Of a stretch of 53,584 bases of DNA, positions 8,866-18,434 are shown one piece after another; position 1 is the stretch's first letter, and each line of letters starts with the position of its first letter. The translations under genes and the position numbers were made by a program. Source of the stretch: Patescibacteria group bacterium. GTDB lineage: Bacteria; Patescibacteriota; Patescibacteriia; JAGVFQ01. The stretch covers positions 1 through 53,584 of the forward strand of contig JAGVFQ010000057.1 in the NCBI GenBank assembly GCA_020057505.1. The letters run 5' to 3'. Below the pieces are notes generated by a model. It did not search any database, was not told the DNA's origin, and saw only the letters and a list, made by a program, of their open reading frames with translations.

Positions 8866-9471
8866 TCAAATCACCAGCAATCCGCCGGCATCGATTTTTT
8901 TAACTTCTTTATAAAGCGAATTCTTCCTAAGCGCCGGCTGGCCAAAACTTTCCACTACATAATAAGCAAAGCCCCGCATTTTCTTAACCAATTCATAATC
9001 AGCATGCCCCGGCAGGCTTACAGCGTTTTTTTCTTCAAAATTTACCGGACTATCGTCGGCCGTGACAAAATAAGTATTGCCAATATTTACAGCTAGATGG
9101 CCGACGCCCGACGGCATATAAACCTTATCACCCTCTTTAACTGGAATGGCCTTAAATTCTTCAACCACGTCTGGAATCATCTCGCCTTTCTCGTCCCGAG
9201 CTAATTTTTGCAGAAGAACGATGCCCTCGCCAAAAACAATCCAATAAGTTTCATCTAATTTGCCAACGTGATAATGGCCATAGGTTTTAATATATTCTCC
9301 GCCGACCATTCCCGGCTCCCAGATCGTAATATTTTTTTGCTTCACCCCGCCGCGAATCATATAATAATGGATCGCTGGTGCTTCACTCTCTAGATCCATT
9401 AGGACTTCTTTCATTTTTTCGTTATCCCTCGCCGCGTAGTGCTTGGGGACAAAAGTAAAATCAATTGGCAT
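8866..9471 (-). CDS. Cupin-type (archaeal-like) glucose-6-phosphate isomerase family protein
   Basis: GEYIKTYGHYH, ETY, G.GIVLLQ, VYMPSGVGHLAVN, GFAYYVVE. Confidence 0.82.
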   Translation of the reverse strand: MPIDFTFVPKHYAARDNEKMKEVLMDLESEAPAIHYYMIRGGVKQKNITIWEPGMVGGEYIKTYGHYHVGKLDETYWIVFGEGIVLLQKLARDEKGEMIPDVVEEFKAIPVKEGDKVYMPSGVGHLAVNIGNTYFVTADDSPVNFEEKNAVSLPGHADYELVKKMRGFAYYVVESFGQPALRKNSLYKEVKKIDAGGLLVI

Positions 9472-9587
9472 AAATTCAAATATTAATAGTTTAATCTTAA
9501 TTATATTTTAACCTTTTTAGCCTTTAAAATCAATAACAGAGGGTACTGATCGGTTCTCTCCCCTTAACAAGGGAAGGAGGTCAAAAA

Positions 9588-9652
9588 TGGAATGACAGCG
9601 CCTTGCGCTGTTATAATTTTATGCTATAACGCCGCAAGGCGGCGTCATTCCA
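9588..9652. repeat. Long imperfect inverted repeat
   Basis: TGGAATGACAGCGCCTTGCGCTGTTATA ... TATAACGCCGCAAGGCGGCGTCATTCCA. Confidence 0.65.
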
Positions 9653-9697
9653 AAAACGCGGCCCACCTTTCTCAGACAAAAAATAAAAAAGGACGCA

Positions 9698-9901
9698 CTA
9701 TGCGCCCATATAGCAAAAATTCCAAGCTTCCCAGGCCGACCTCAGGAGCCCGGCAAAAATCTTGATTAAAAGAACGAAAAGAAAATTCCTCTCGCGCGAA
9801 CTCATCGGCCGGCCGATAAACCGCTCCACTGCCTTCTGAATTTTCCGCAGGAGGCCGCGCTGCCAATCAACAAAATTATCGTTCTCTATTTTGGGTCTCA
9901 T
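9698..9901 (-). CDS. Small hypothetical protein (about 67 aa)
   Basis: Strong AAAGGAGG ribosome-binding site 6 nt before ATG 9901. Confidence 0.5.
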   Translation of the reverse strand: MRPKIENDNFVDWQRGLLRKIQKAVERFIGRPMSSRERNFLFVLLIKIFAGLLRSAWEAWNFCYMGA

Positions 9902-9935
9902 CGCCATCCTCCTTTCTCGGAAATAGTGGAAAAAC

Positions 9936-10394
9936 TTATTTTATATCTTTAATGAGAAAAATTTCGTCGCAAGCGTAAAACTTGCGGCAACGAATGCAGT
10001 CCTCGTAAATTTTCTGCTGGACAGAAGCTCGATCGCCTAAGACAAAACCAATTTTTTGAAAAAACTCTGGCACATAAGTTAAAGTAAAAACTCGGCCCAC
10101 GCCCAAATCTTTTGCTTCCGCCAAACAAAATTCTACTAGTTTCCTACCAATCCCTTGCTTCCGCGCTTCGGGCGCAACTACTAAAGACCTCACCTCAGCC
10201 AAATCATCTAGATAAATAGAAAGAGCCGAACAACCCAAAATTTCGCCTTGGCCATCGAGAGCCACGCAAAAATCCCGCAAGAATCTGGTGAGTTCCCATG
10301 GATTGCGGCTTAGCATCAATCCTTTTTGCGCTTCAATATTTATTAATTGGATAATTTGATCAATGTCTGATTTTTTTGCCTTACGAATTATCAT
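9936..10394 (-). CDS. GNAT N-acetyltransferase, short ArgA-like family
   Basis: MLSR, DLAEVRSLVV, RKQGIG acetyl-CoA motif, VFTLTYVPEFF, C-terminal DCIRC...CDE. Confidence 0.85.
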   Translation of the reverse strand: MIIRKAKKSDIDQIIQLINIEAQKGLMLSRNPWELTRFLRDFCVALDGQGEILGCSALSIYLDDLAEVRSLVVAPEARKQGIGRKLVEFCLAEAKDLGVGRVFTLTYVPEFFQKIGFVLGDRASVQQKIYEDCIRCRKFYACDEIFLIKDIK

Positions 10395-10415
10395 GTATCA
10401 AAAAAGAAAGTACGA

Positions 10416-11342
10416 TTATTTTATTTCTAGCTTTAATACTATTTCTGGTATTGATTCGTTTATATAGCCACATCTTTCAACTCCCTCTACTTTTTCATAC
10501 ACCCTTTTTATCGTATAAGTTAAAACAGATAATTTCTGATACTCATTTATATTTAATAAAGTGTAATAAGAATTGTTTTCTTCAAGCAATACTTTTCGAG
10601 AGTTGTTTTCAATATTTTTTAAAATTATAGCTCCTTCATTACTTGAAATCATGCCACAAGCGGGAGGAGACTTTTTACTATTATCTGTATATACTACTTG
10701 ACCATAATTATCAAAAAATAACGCGTCATGGGCTGCAAGTCCAGTTATTTCACCGCCATCTGGATTAATAGTATAAGTCTCATATTGTGGGCCTCCGCCA
10801 CATCCGAATTCATCCAAGCTAGCCCACTCTAAAATAATTTTTTCATCATTTTTAGACCAGGCAATTGGAAAATATTGTATATTACCACAAGCTGCATTGG
10901 CTGATTTAATGAAAAAATTCCAAAAGGACATTTTTTCTGGATAAGAATAAATTTTTGTAATTTTATTGGTAATTAAATCTTTTACAAAAATATTATATTT
11001 TGAAAATTGCCTGCTTTCATTTCTGATAGAATTGTTAATTTCGGAATAAACAATTTTGTCTTTTTTATTAGACAATATTGATGATATAATATAAAAACCT
11101 TCGTCGGGAATCAATGTTACAGTATTATCCTTTTTCTGTAATTCTTTTGGCAAAAAATCAAGATACTTATTGTTTTCTTGAAGCTGGGAAATAGTATTTT
11201 GAAATCCAGTAATCTCATTTTTAAATTTAGATTCAACAGTTTTTAATTTGGAATTCTGCCACAGAAATACTACGCCGCCGACTACAATGGCCACGATAAT
11301 TACAATAAATAAAACTAACCACACTAAATTTGTTTTTTTCAT
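10416..11342 (-). CDS. Hypothetical membrane-anchored exported protein
   Basis: N-terminal transmembrane helix, short coiled coil, beta-rich AT-rich remainder. Confidence 0.7.
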   Translation of the reverse strand: MKKTNLVWLVLFIVIIVAIVVGGVVFLWQNSKLKTVESKFKNEITGFQNTISQLQENNKYLDFLPKELQKKDNTVTLIPDEGFYIISSILSNKKDKIVYSEINNSIRNESRQFSKYNIFVKDLITNKITKIYSYPEKMSFWNFFIKSANAACGNIQYFPIAWSKNDEKIILEWASLDEFGCGGGPQYETYTINPDGGEITGLAAHDALFFDNYGQVVYTDNSKKSPPACGMISSNEGAIILKNIENNSRKVLLEENNSYYTLLNINEYQKLSVLTYTIKRVYEKVEGVERCGYINESIPEIVLKLEIK

Positions 11343-11381
11343 AGATACTAAAAATTAAAGTGATTTAAGATTATTAGAAAT

Positions 11382-13019
11382 TTAGTAAATCTCCTCTTTT
11401 TTTTCTCTCAAGAACGAAGTCCACTCTTCGAGAAAATCAATAAACATCTTGAGCGGCGCTTCGAGAATAAAGTCAAAGAAAAAGACAAACACGTTAATCT
11501 TCGAAAATTTATAAGAGAGCCAGCGCCCGACATTAATCACGGGCAGGAAAAAGAAATCAATAATTGAAGCGAGAATGCCTTCCTTCTGCCGGTAGACGAT
11601 AAATTCCCGGGAAGAACGGCGGATTCGCATGCCAAAGAAACTGATAAGGCAGAGGAAAAGGATAAAAATCAGAATACTGATCGCGCTGAATTCCAGCCGC
11701 AAGAGGCCAACGATAATCGCGCCAAAAATAACTATGGTTATCAAGCTGTAAATGGCGGTAAAAAACAATTGCTGCAGAACACTTCTTGAAGACGCGCGAA
11801 TTTTGTATGTCAGCCGCTTGGCGTCAGTATAGACTATTCCTTTGATGCCAACCCAAATTCTGTCGGCGTTCTTCTTCAGCGGCATGCGGACCGATAGGGC
11901 GAGAAAAAACATATAAAGCGGCGGGAAAGCGACATTCACGCCGATCGCCACGGGATTTATCTGGTTTAGAATATAAAAATCCACCGGCACTTCGATGCCG
12001 ACGGCTAAAAATATTTTGGTGATAAAAATATAAATTATGCTCCGGAGGGCCATGCCGCTCATTCTAATCTTCGCCGCTTTGTGGCGGCTCGCGCAAACCT
12101 TTCTCGCTTCTTTTTCGAGCGTCTCCGGTTTAGCTAAAAAACCAAGAGCTGCCTCAGGATTCGCCCAAATAACCTCGGTCAAAACATTATAGATAATCGC
12201 TTCTTTCTGCAGAATTATAAAAATTCTTTCCTGCGCAGGATTTAATAAGTGCCGATTAATTGTTTCGCGCAGGAGCGAAATATTGGCCGCCATCTCGTCT
12301 AAAAGTTTTTGGTCCGCCTTCGACCAATCCGGATAATAAAGCCGTAAAATAAAATAACTGGAAACCATCTTATCGGCTTTGGCGAGGACTCTCTGCGCTG
12401 CGACAAGTATCTGCAGTTCTTTTTCTTTGTCGCTCAAATTCTGCCCTTTGAAAATCAAATCGTCCTTTATGATTGAATACGTGAATTCAATCAATGGTTG
12501 CTCGATATTATCCTGCCTCAGTTTCACCTCAATCTCGCAAGCCATAAGACCGATGAGCCAGCTGTCAAAATTGTCTCCGCCCTTTTTGCTGTCCAATTTT
12601 TCCGCTTGCTGTTTTAAATAGAGATATTTATCAATAACATGCTCGATTTCATCCGCCTTGCTTTCCGGCACTGACTTGTTCGGCAAATAACGGGCATGAA
12701 TCAATTCTTTAATAAGCGACATGCCTATCCCTTGATTCGCGCCTTCAATCAATAATTTGCGCTTCAAAATTCTTTCAATGGCATATTTTCGGAGAAGCCG
12801 CTCTTCCTTATCATCGACAATCGTTCTCAATTTTTCATACAAAAAAGCCAGGGCGCCAGCGGCATCACTTACCTGGATTTTTGGTATTCTCTCATCCTCT
12901 CCAGCGCCGCTCCGGCTCTTAATATCAAACAAAGCCTCGGCTAATTTTCTCACCGGACTATTTATTTCTTTTTTTGGTTCGACTTTTTTACTCTGCCTCC
13001 AAGCTTGAAAATTTTCCAT
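11382..13019 (-). CDS. Hypothetical polytopic membrane protein
   Basis: 545-aa ORF with helical cytoplasmic N-terminus and several C-terminal hydrophobic segments. Confidence 0.75.
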   Translation of the reverse strand: MENFQAWRQSKKVEPKKEINSPVRKLAEALFDIKSRSGAGEDERIPKIQVSDAAGALAFLYEKLRTIVDDKEERLLRKYAIERILKRKLLIEGANQGIGMSLIKELIHARYLPNKSVPESKADEIEHVIDKYLYLKQQAEKLDSKKGGDNFDSWLIGLMACEIEVKLRQDNIEQPLIEFTYSIIKDDLIFKGQNLSDKEKELQILVAAQRVLAKADKMVSSYFILRLYYPDWSKADQKLLDEMAANISLLRETINRHLLNPAQERIFIILQKEAIIYNVLTEVIWANPEAALGFLAKPETLEKEARKVCASRHKAAKIRMSGMALRSIIYIFITKIFLAVGIEVPVDFYILNQINPVAIGVNVAFPPLYMFFLALSVRMPLKKNADRIWVGIKGIVYTDAKRLTYKIRASSRSVLQQLFFTAIYSLITIVIFGAIIVGLLRLEFSAISILIFILFLCLISFFGMRIRRSSREFIVYRQKEGILASIIDFFFLPVINVGRWLSYKFSKINVFVFFFDFILEAPLKMFIDFLEEWTSFLREKKEEIY

Positions 13020-13169
13020 GTAGATTGATATATTAGTTTATTGGGATATGGGATATCAGGCCGATTGATCGCGCTTTCTGCAGATATAATTTATATATAA
13101 AAAACATTAAAACATACAAACATTCGGACAAACTTCAATCTTAAATCTAAAATCATAAATCTTAAATTC

Positions 13170-14621
13170 CTAACCGCCCTTAACCACCGCCCATGGTTTT
13201 AATTTTACCACTTTTCTCGCCAATCCAATATGGTGCACTACATCTACCACCCTATCAATATCTTTGTAAGCCAGCGGCGCTTCTTCGGCAATGCCGGCCA
13301 TACTATCGCAACGAATGAGAATTCCTTGTTTTTCTAGTTCGGCCTGGATATCACTGCCCCGCACCGCGCGCTTGGCCGCCCCCCGCGACATCGCCCGTCC
13401 GGCGCCGTGGCAGACCGAGCCAAAGGTTTCTTCTTCCGCTTTCTTCGTACCGACCAAAACAAACGAGGCTGTACCCATATTACCCGGGATAATCACCGGC
13501 TGGCCGATCTGGCGATAAGCCAAAGGCAATGCTTTATTACCCGGCCCAAAGGCTCTCGTTGCTCCCTTGCGATGCATGCACACGGTTATTTTTTTATTGT
13601 CAATTTCGTAAACCTCTTTTTTACCGATATTATGAGCTACATCATACAGCAAATTAAGCTTGTGATCAAATTTTTTTCCTAAAACATCAGCCCAAATCTG
13701 GCGAACGAGATACGCCATATATTGCCGATTGCACCAGGCAAAATTAGCGGCCGAGGCCATGGCGGCCCAATAATCCTCGCCTTCTTTTGAATCAAGCGGC
13801 GCGTAAATCAACTCGCGATCCGGCAATTTATAACCCCAGTCAAATAGCTTTTTATTCAAAATCCGCAGATAATCCGTGGCTACTTGATGGCCAAGACCCC
13901 GCGAACCGGTATGAATCATGATTACAACCTGGCCTTTAAATAAACCAAATTCTCGCGCCACTTCTTCGTCAAATACTTCGCCGACTTCTTCCACTTCCAA
14001 AAAATGATTGCCTGAACCAAGCGTGCCCAATTGATCGTGGCCGCGCTTCTTGGCTCGCTCACTCACTTTCTCTGGGAGAGCGCCGTCAAGCCGGCCATTT
14101 TCTTCGCATTTTTCTTTATCGTCTTTTGTCGCGTAACCGCGTTCAATCATCCAATCAACGCCTTTAACCATTAAATCGTCTAATTCTTGGCTCGTGACCG
14201 AAAGCTTGCCCGTGCTCCCCACGCCGCTCGGCACCCGGCGATAAAGCGCGTCAGCGAGCTCCGCCAGATGCGGTTTCAAATCTTTAAAATAAACTTGGGA
14301 AAGCAAAAGCCTGACCCCGCAATTAATATCATAACCAATGCCGCCAGGAGAAATCACACCGCCATCCCATCTAATCGCCGCCACGCCGCCAATGGGAAAA
14401 CCATAACCCTCGTGAATATCAGGCATAGCCAAACTATACTTCAGGATTCCCGGCAAAGTAGCCACATTGACTGCCTGTTCCAAAGACCGATCTTCGAGCA
14501 CTGACTCTAGCATTTTCTTATCAGAATAAATTCTAACCGGCGCGCGCATATCCGCCCGAAAATTTTTTGGAATCTCAAAAAGATAATCGTTGATTTTAGT
14601 TAGATTGTGTTTTTGGACCAT
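13170..14621 (-). CDS. rtcB: RNA ligase RtcB
   Basis: MPDIHEGYGFPIGG, GYDINCG, LGTLGSGNHFLE, HTGSRG, HRKGATR, HGAGR, EEAPLAYK. Confidence 0.97.
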   Translation of the reverse strand: MVQKHNLTKINDYLFEIPKNFRADMRAPVRIYSDKKMLESVLEDRSLEQAVNVATLPGILKYSLAMPDIHEGYGFPIGGVAAIRWDGGVISPGGIGYDINCGVRLLLSQVYFKDLKPHLAELADALYRRVPSGVGSTGKLSVTSQELDDLMVKGVDWMIERGYATKDDKEKCEENGRLDGALPEKVSERAKKRGHDQLGTLGSGNHFLEVEEVGEVFDEEVAREFGLFKGQVVIMIHTGSRGLGHQVATDYLRILNKKLFDWGYKLPDRELIYAPLDSKEGEDYWAAMASAANFAWCNRQYMAYLVRQIWADVLGKKFDHKLNLLYDVAHNIGKKEVYEIDNKKITVCMHRKGATRAFGPGNKALPLAYRQIGQPVIIPGNMGTASFVLVGTKKAEEETFGSVCHGAGRAMSRGAAKRAVRGSDIQAELEKQGILIRCDSMAGIAEEAPLAYKDIDRVVDVVHHIGLARKVVKLKPWAVVKGG

Positions 14622-14624
14622 ATA

Positions 14625-15056
14625 TTATATATCAAATAATACCTCCGCTACCCATTGCCCTTTTTCTTTTTTAATCACCAAATCATGATAGGTTACCGCC
14701 TTAATTTCCAAAGCAAAACTTTTTACTTTATAACCGCTAACTTCAGCTTCTAAATTTTTATCATCTTGAATTTTAATTTTAAATTCATCAAAAATCGCAT
14801 TATGCAAATCCGCTAAATAATTCAACTGGCTCAAAAAATCCACCAATAGCGCTCCCAAATCCGTCGATTCTATTTTAAATTTTTCTTTAATCCTATTTTT
14901 GCTGTCGTCTGTAGTCTGTAGACTGTCGACCAAATTAAAAAACATCCCCTCTGCCATATTGGCAAAAAGTTCTTCTTTAGTCTTGCCCCGCGCGCGGATC
15001 TTTAAATCAGCCGTGTGTTCAAGAATTTCAAATTTATTTTTTTGTTCTTGTATCAT
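14625..15056 (-). CDS. Archease
   Basis: LEHTAD, EIKAVTYH, C-terminal LFDI; adjacent to rtcB. Confidence 0.93.
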   Translation of the reverse strand: MIQEQKNKFEILEHTADLKIRARGKTKEELFANMAEGMFFNLVDSLQTTDDSKNRIKEKFKIESTDLGALLVDFLSQLNYLADLHNAIFDEFKIKIQDDKNLEAEVSGYKVKSFALEIKAVTYHDLVIKKEKGQWVAEVLFDI

Positions 15057-15135
15057 ATCATTTAAGCTCTAAACATATAGACTTGTCACAATTTCAAACT
15101 TTAATCTTTCAACTTTAATCTGAAATCCCAATACC

Positions 15136-15981
15136 CTAAATCACCAATGACACTAAAAATCCCACTATCGCTCCCGCCGCGATCGGCGGCAGGGCCGGCA
15201 TCGGCTTTCTCTCTTTTTGCGAAACGAAAAATAAATGGACCGCGGCCACTCCAATGGCCGATCCGATAATTATGCCGATTGAACTTTTAAATCCCAGAGG
15301 AAGAGCCGATACGGCAAACATCAGAGGGAAAGCCATATCTCCTGTTCCTAAAAACATAAATCCTTTTTCCGGCCGGACATCGGCCATGTTTGTTTTCATC
15401 TGAGCCATTTTTTCCGGAATTACCGTTGAAAAATAAACTCCTTCCGCCGAGAGATTGCGAAACATTGAAACCATGTGTTTGGTTTTGTACACGGCGATAA
15501 AATCATAAATTGAAATAATAATCAAAATCGCAATCATCGCCCGCGACGTAAAGCCAAAACCGAGCCAGATGGATATCCCCGCTATGCCAATAATAATCGC
15601 CAAATCATGCAACCAGACTTTGGAAAAAAGAAAATATAACGAGATAAAAAACAAAGCCAAGATCAGAGCCCATGGTTCCGAGACTAGGCTCTGAAAAATA
15701 AAATCAATGCCGATAAATAAAGAGAAGGCAAAAATAATTTTAAAAAGACCAGCGCTCCTTTTAAAATATCTTAAAAGAATAACCAACATAACAGTGGCTA
15801 TCAAAAAGGCGAAGACAAAATTGAGAATCAATGAAGACTCACTCGAATATTTTGTGGCAGCCGGGACATAAACCACGATTCCTTTTTTGATCAATTCCAA
15901 AGCTGCAAAGAGACCGAAGATCTGCACGAGCAAAAACATCAGCAATTCCTTGAAAAATAAATTTAACTTAAGATTGCGCAT
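15136..15981 (-). CDS. Presenilin/SPP-type GxGD intramembrane aspartyl protease
   Basis: About 9 TM helices with YD (ISIYDFIAV), LGTGD and PALP motifs. Confidence 0.88.
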   Translation of the reverse strand: MRNLKLNLFFKELLMFLLVQIFGLFAALELIKKGIVVYVPAATKYSSESSLILNFVFAFLIATVMLVILLRYFKRSAGLFKIIFAFSLFIGIDFIFQSLVSEPWALILALFFISLYFLFSKVWLHDLAIIIGIAGISIWLGFGFTSRAMIAILIIISIYDFIAVYKTKHMVSMFRNLSAEGVYFSTVIPEKMAQMKTNMADVRPEKGFMFLGTGDMAFPLMFAVSALPLGFKSSIGIIIGSAIGVAAVHLFFVSQKERKPMPALPPIAAGAIVGFLVSLVI

Positions 15982-16174
15982 GAATAAATTATACCATTTT
16001 TGCTCTTTTTATGATAGAATTGAGGTATTAAAACATATAGCCCACAACAATCTAAATAAATCAATAAGTGCTTCATACTGTGTGTTTTAAATTAATAATC
16101 TCTAATCTTCATGAATCTATGCGAATCTATATTCGCGATAATTCGTGATAAAATTAGTACTAATTCGCGATTCT

Positions 16175-16840
16175 ATGATAACTCTCGACCAAATCAAAAA
16201 ACATCCGCAGATTCAAGCTTTCATCCGCGCGACTGATAATTTCATCCAGCAATGGGGTTTTACCGAACATGGTTTCCGCCATGTTAATCTCGTAGCCGAT
16301 ATTTCGAGAAACGTCGCGAGAGAAGTCGGTTTTTCCAAAGAAGACCAAGAACTATGCTCCATCGCCGCTTACCTTCACGATACGGGAAATTTTATCGGCC
16401 GAACCTGGCATCATTATTGGAGCTCGCTCTTAGCCTATCCGATTCTCCGCGAACTAAAGATGGATCCCAACGATATTACGGTGATATTAAACGCGATAAC
16501 AGCGCATGACAAGCATGACATAAAAATTGTTACCAAAATTGCCGCTGTGGTAATACTCGCCGATAAATCAGACGTACATCGCTCGCGCGTCCCCAAGGCT
16601 GATATTGCCCATTTGGATCAAGATATCCATAGCCGGGTCAATTACGCCGTGACTAAATCATTTCTCGAAGTTGATAATAAGCAAAAAAGAATTATTTTGA
16701 AAATCACCATCGATACAAAAATTGTCCCGCTGATGGAATATTTTGAAATTTTCACCGAGCGTATGGAATTCTGCCGCACAGCCGCGGAGTATCTGGAATA
16801 TAAATTTGGATTAGTGATTAACCAAACAGAACTACTTTAA
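16175..16840 (+). CDS. HD-domain phosphohydrolase
   Basis: TEHGFRH, YLHDTGN, ILADKSD, DIHSRVNYAV. ATG at 16175. Confidence 0.88.
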   Translation: MITLDQIKKHPQIQAFIRATDNFIQQWGFTEHGFRHVNLVADISRNVAREVGFSKEDQELCSIAAYLHDTGNFIGRTWHHYWSSLLAYPILRELKMDPNDITVILNAITAHDKHDIKIVTKIAAVVILADKSDVHRSRVPKADIAHLDQDIHSRVNYAVTKSFLEVDNKQKRIILKITIDTKIVPLMEYFEIFTERMEFCRTAAEYLEYKFGLVINQTELL

Positions 16841-16942
16841 ATACACGAATTTCCACGAATTATTTACGAATATACACGAATGCACAAATTCGCATATTCG
16901 TGCATATTCGTTTTCTATTCGTGCGTGATTCATTTAAGATTT

Positions 16943-17590
16943 ATGATCTTTCATGACCGCGCCGATGCCGGCCAAAAACTGGCTCTAGCGCTACAGAAAT
17001 TCAAAAATGCCAAAAACACAATTATTCTCGCCTTACCGCGTGGCGGAGTGGTTGTTGGCTTTGAAACTGCCGAGGAATTAAATCTGCCGCTCGATATTAT
17101 CGTACCAAGAAAAATCGGCGCGCCGGACAACGAGGAATTCGCCATTGGCGCCATTACCGAATCCGGCGAAGGTATTTTCGATCAAGAAATAATTTCTACT
17201 TATGACATCAGCCAGGACTATATTGATAAAACGGTAGCCAAAGAAAAAAAAGAAGCCGAACGCCGGCTTAAAACCTATCGCGGCGACCGACCGTCTTTGG
17301 AGCTAAAAGATAAAACCGTGATTATCGTCGATGATGGCATTGCCACTGGCTCAACTATGAGAGCAGCCATTAAATCAGTCAAAACCAAACAGGCCAAAAA
17401 AGTCATTGTCGCCGTGCCAACTTCCGCCGCTGATTCAGCCGCAGAAATAAAAAAAGAAGTAGATGAATTTATTTGCCTTGATATTCCTGAATATTTTGGC
17501 GCTGTCGGCGCTTTCTATGAGGTTTTTATCCAAACAGAAGATAATGAGGTAATCGAACTTTTGCAAAAGAGCGAAGGATTTGGAAAATAA
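16943..17590 (+). CDS. Phosphoribosyltransferase family protein
   Basis: FHDRADAG, ALPRGGV, IVDDGIATGSTM PRPP-binding motif. ATG at 16943. Confidence 0.9.
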   Translation: MIFHDRADAGQKLALALQKFKNAKNTIILALPRGGVVVGFETAEELNLPLDIIVPRKIGAPDNEEFAIGAITESGEGIFDQEIISTYDISQDYIDKTVAKEKKEAERRLKTYRGDRPSLELKDKTVIIVDDGIATGSTMRAAIKSVKTKQAKKVIVAVPTSAADSAAEIKKEVDEFICLDIPEYFGAVGAFYEVFIQTEDNEVIELLQKSEGFGK

Positions 17591-17658
17591 AATTTAAAGA
17601 ATCAAAAAATAAAATCCTTTTCATCGCCGGTTTAATGTCAAAGCAATATTATAAAAAC

Positions 17659-17687
17659 AAAAAACAACGTCCTAAACGTTGTTTTTT
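17659..17687. terminator. Bidirectional intrinsic terminator
   Basis: AAAAAACAACGT/ACGTTGTTTTTT between convergent genes. Confidence 0.7.
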
Positions 17688-17716
17688 AAAAACCTTGAAC
17701 TTACAAACTTTAAAAC

Positions 17717-18334
17717 TTATTGGCTAGCTTCCGGAGCTTGCCAATAAACCCTCGTCGCGTCTTCCTGATCGGAAAATTTAATCGTGAGCTTACCGCCCTT
17801 GAAAGCGCTCGCCACCTGCTTGCCAATCCGATGCGCCAATTGATTTTCCGAAGTATAAATAGTTATTTTATTACCATGGTCTTCTATAGCCACAATTTTG
17901 TCTTCAACATCATTCTTCCGGCCTTCTTGATTGATATTTTTTACCAAATTCAAAACTTCTTGTTTAATTTTAGGATTTAAATTTTCCAGAATCACCACGC
18001 CCTCGGAAAAATCTTTATGCTGTTTATCCGCCTCGCAAACAACCCTCTTAGCCTCTTTTAAAGCTTCTTTAAACCATCTTTCAAAATTTCCACCCTTTAA
18101 TTCTTTCCGCTTAGCTAAATGCCCTGCCAGTTCTTCTTTAGCATACCATTTTTTGTCATAGAAAACTGCGCCGCACTTGGTGCAGATTTTAATAAATCCT
18201 CGGCTGGGCGTAGTATCCGCATTCATCCGCCGCGGATCGACGGCACTGATAGCTTTTTCTTGGACAATTCCTTTCTTGCGCTTGCCTAGATTATTCTTCG
18301 GCTGTTTAGATAATTTGGCAGGTAATGATCTCAT
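17717..18334 (-). CDS. BCAM0308-like (NMD3-related) hypothetical protein
   Basis: CTKCGAVF...W, GVVILE, TSENQLAHRIGK, GGKL, RVYW. Confidence 0.65.
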   Translation of the reverse strand: MRSLPAKLSKQPKNNLGKRKKGIVQEKAISAVDPRRMNADTTPSRGFIKICTKCGAVFYDKKWYAKEELAGHLAKRKELKGGNFERWFKEALKEAKRVVCEADKQHKDFSEGVVILENLNPKIKQEVLNLVKNINQEGRKNDVEDKIVAIEDHGNKITIYTSENQLAHRIGKQVASAFKGGKLTIKFSDQEDATRVYWQAPEASQ

Positions 18335-18393
18335 AATGAAAAAATAAATTAATTTAATCCTATGCAGGTTAATTATACTATAAATTTAAAGAT

Positions 18394-18423
18394 AAAAAAA
18401 GCGTTCTCAAAACTGAGAACGCT
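18394..18423 (-). terminator. Intrinsic terminator of the yvcK-like gene
   Basis: AGCGTTCTCA/TGAGAACGCT stem plus T-run on the minus strand. Confidence 0.7.
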
Positions 18424-18434
18424 GTTCGGACCTC

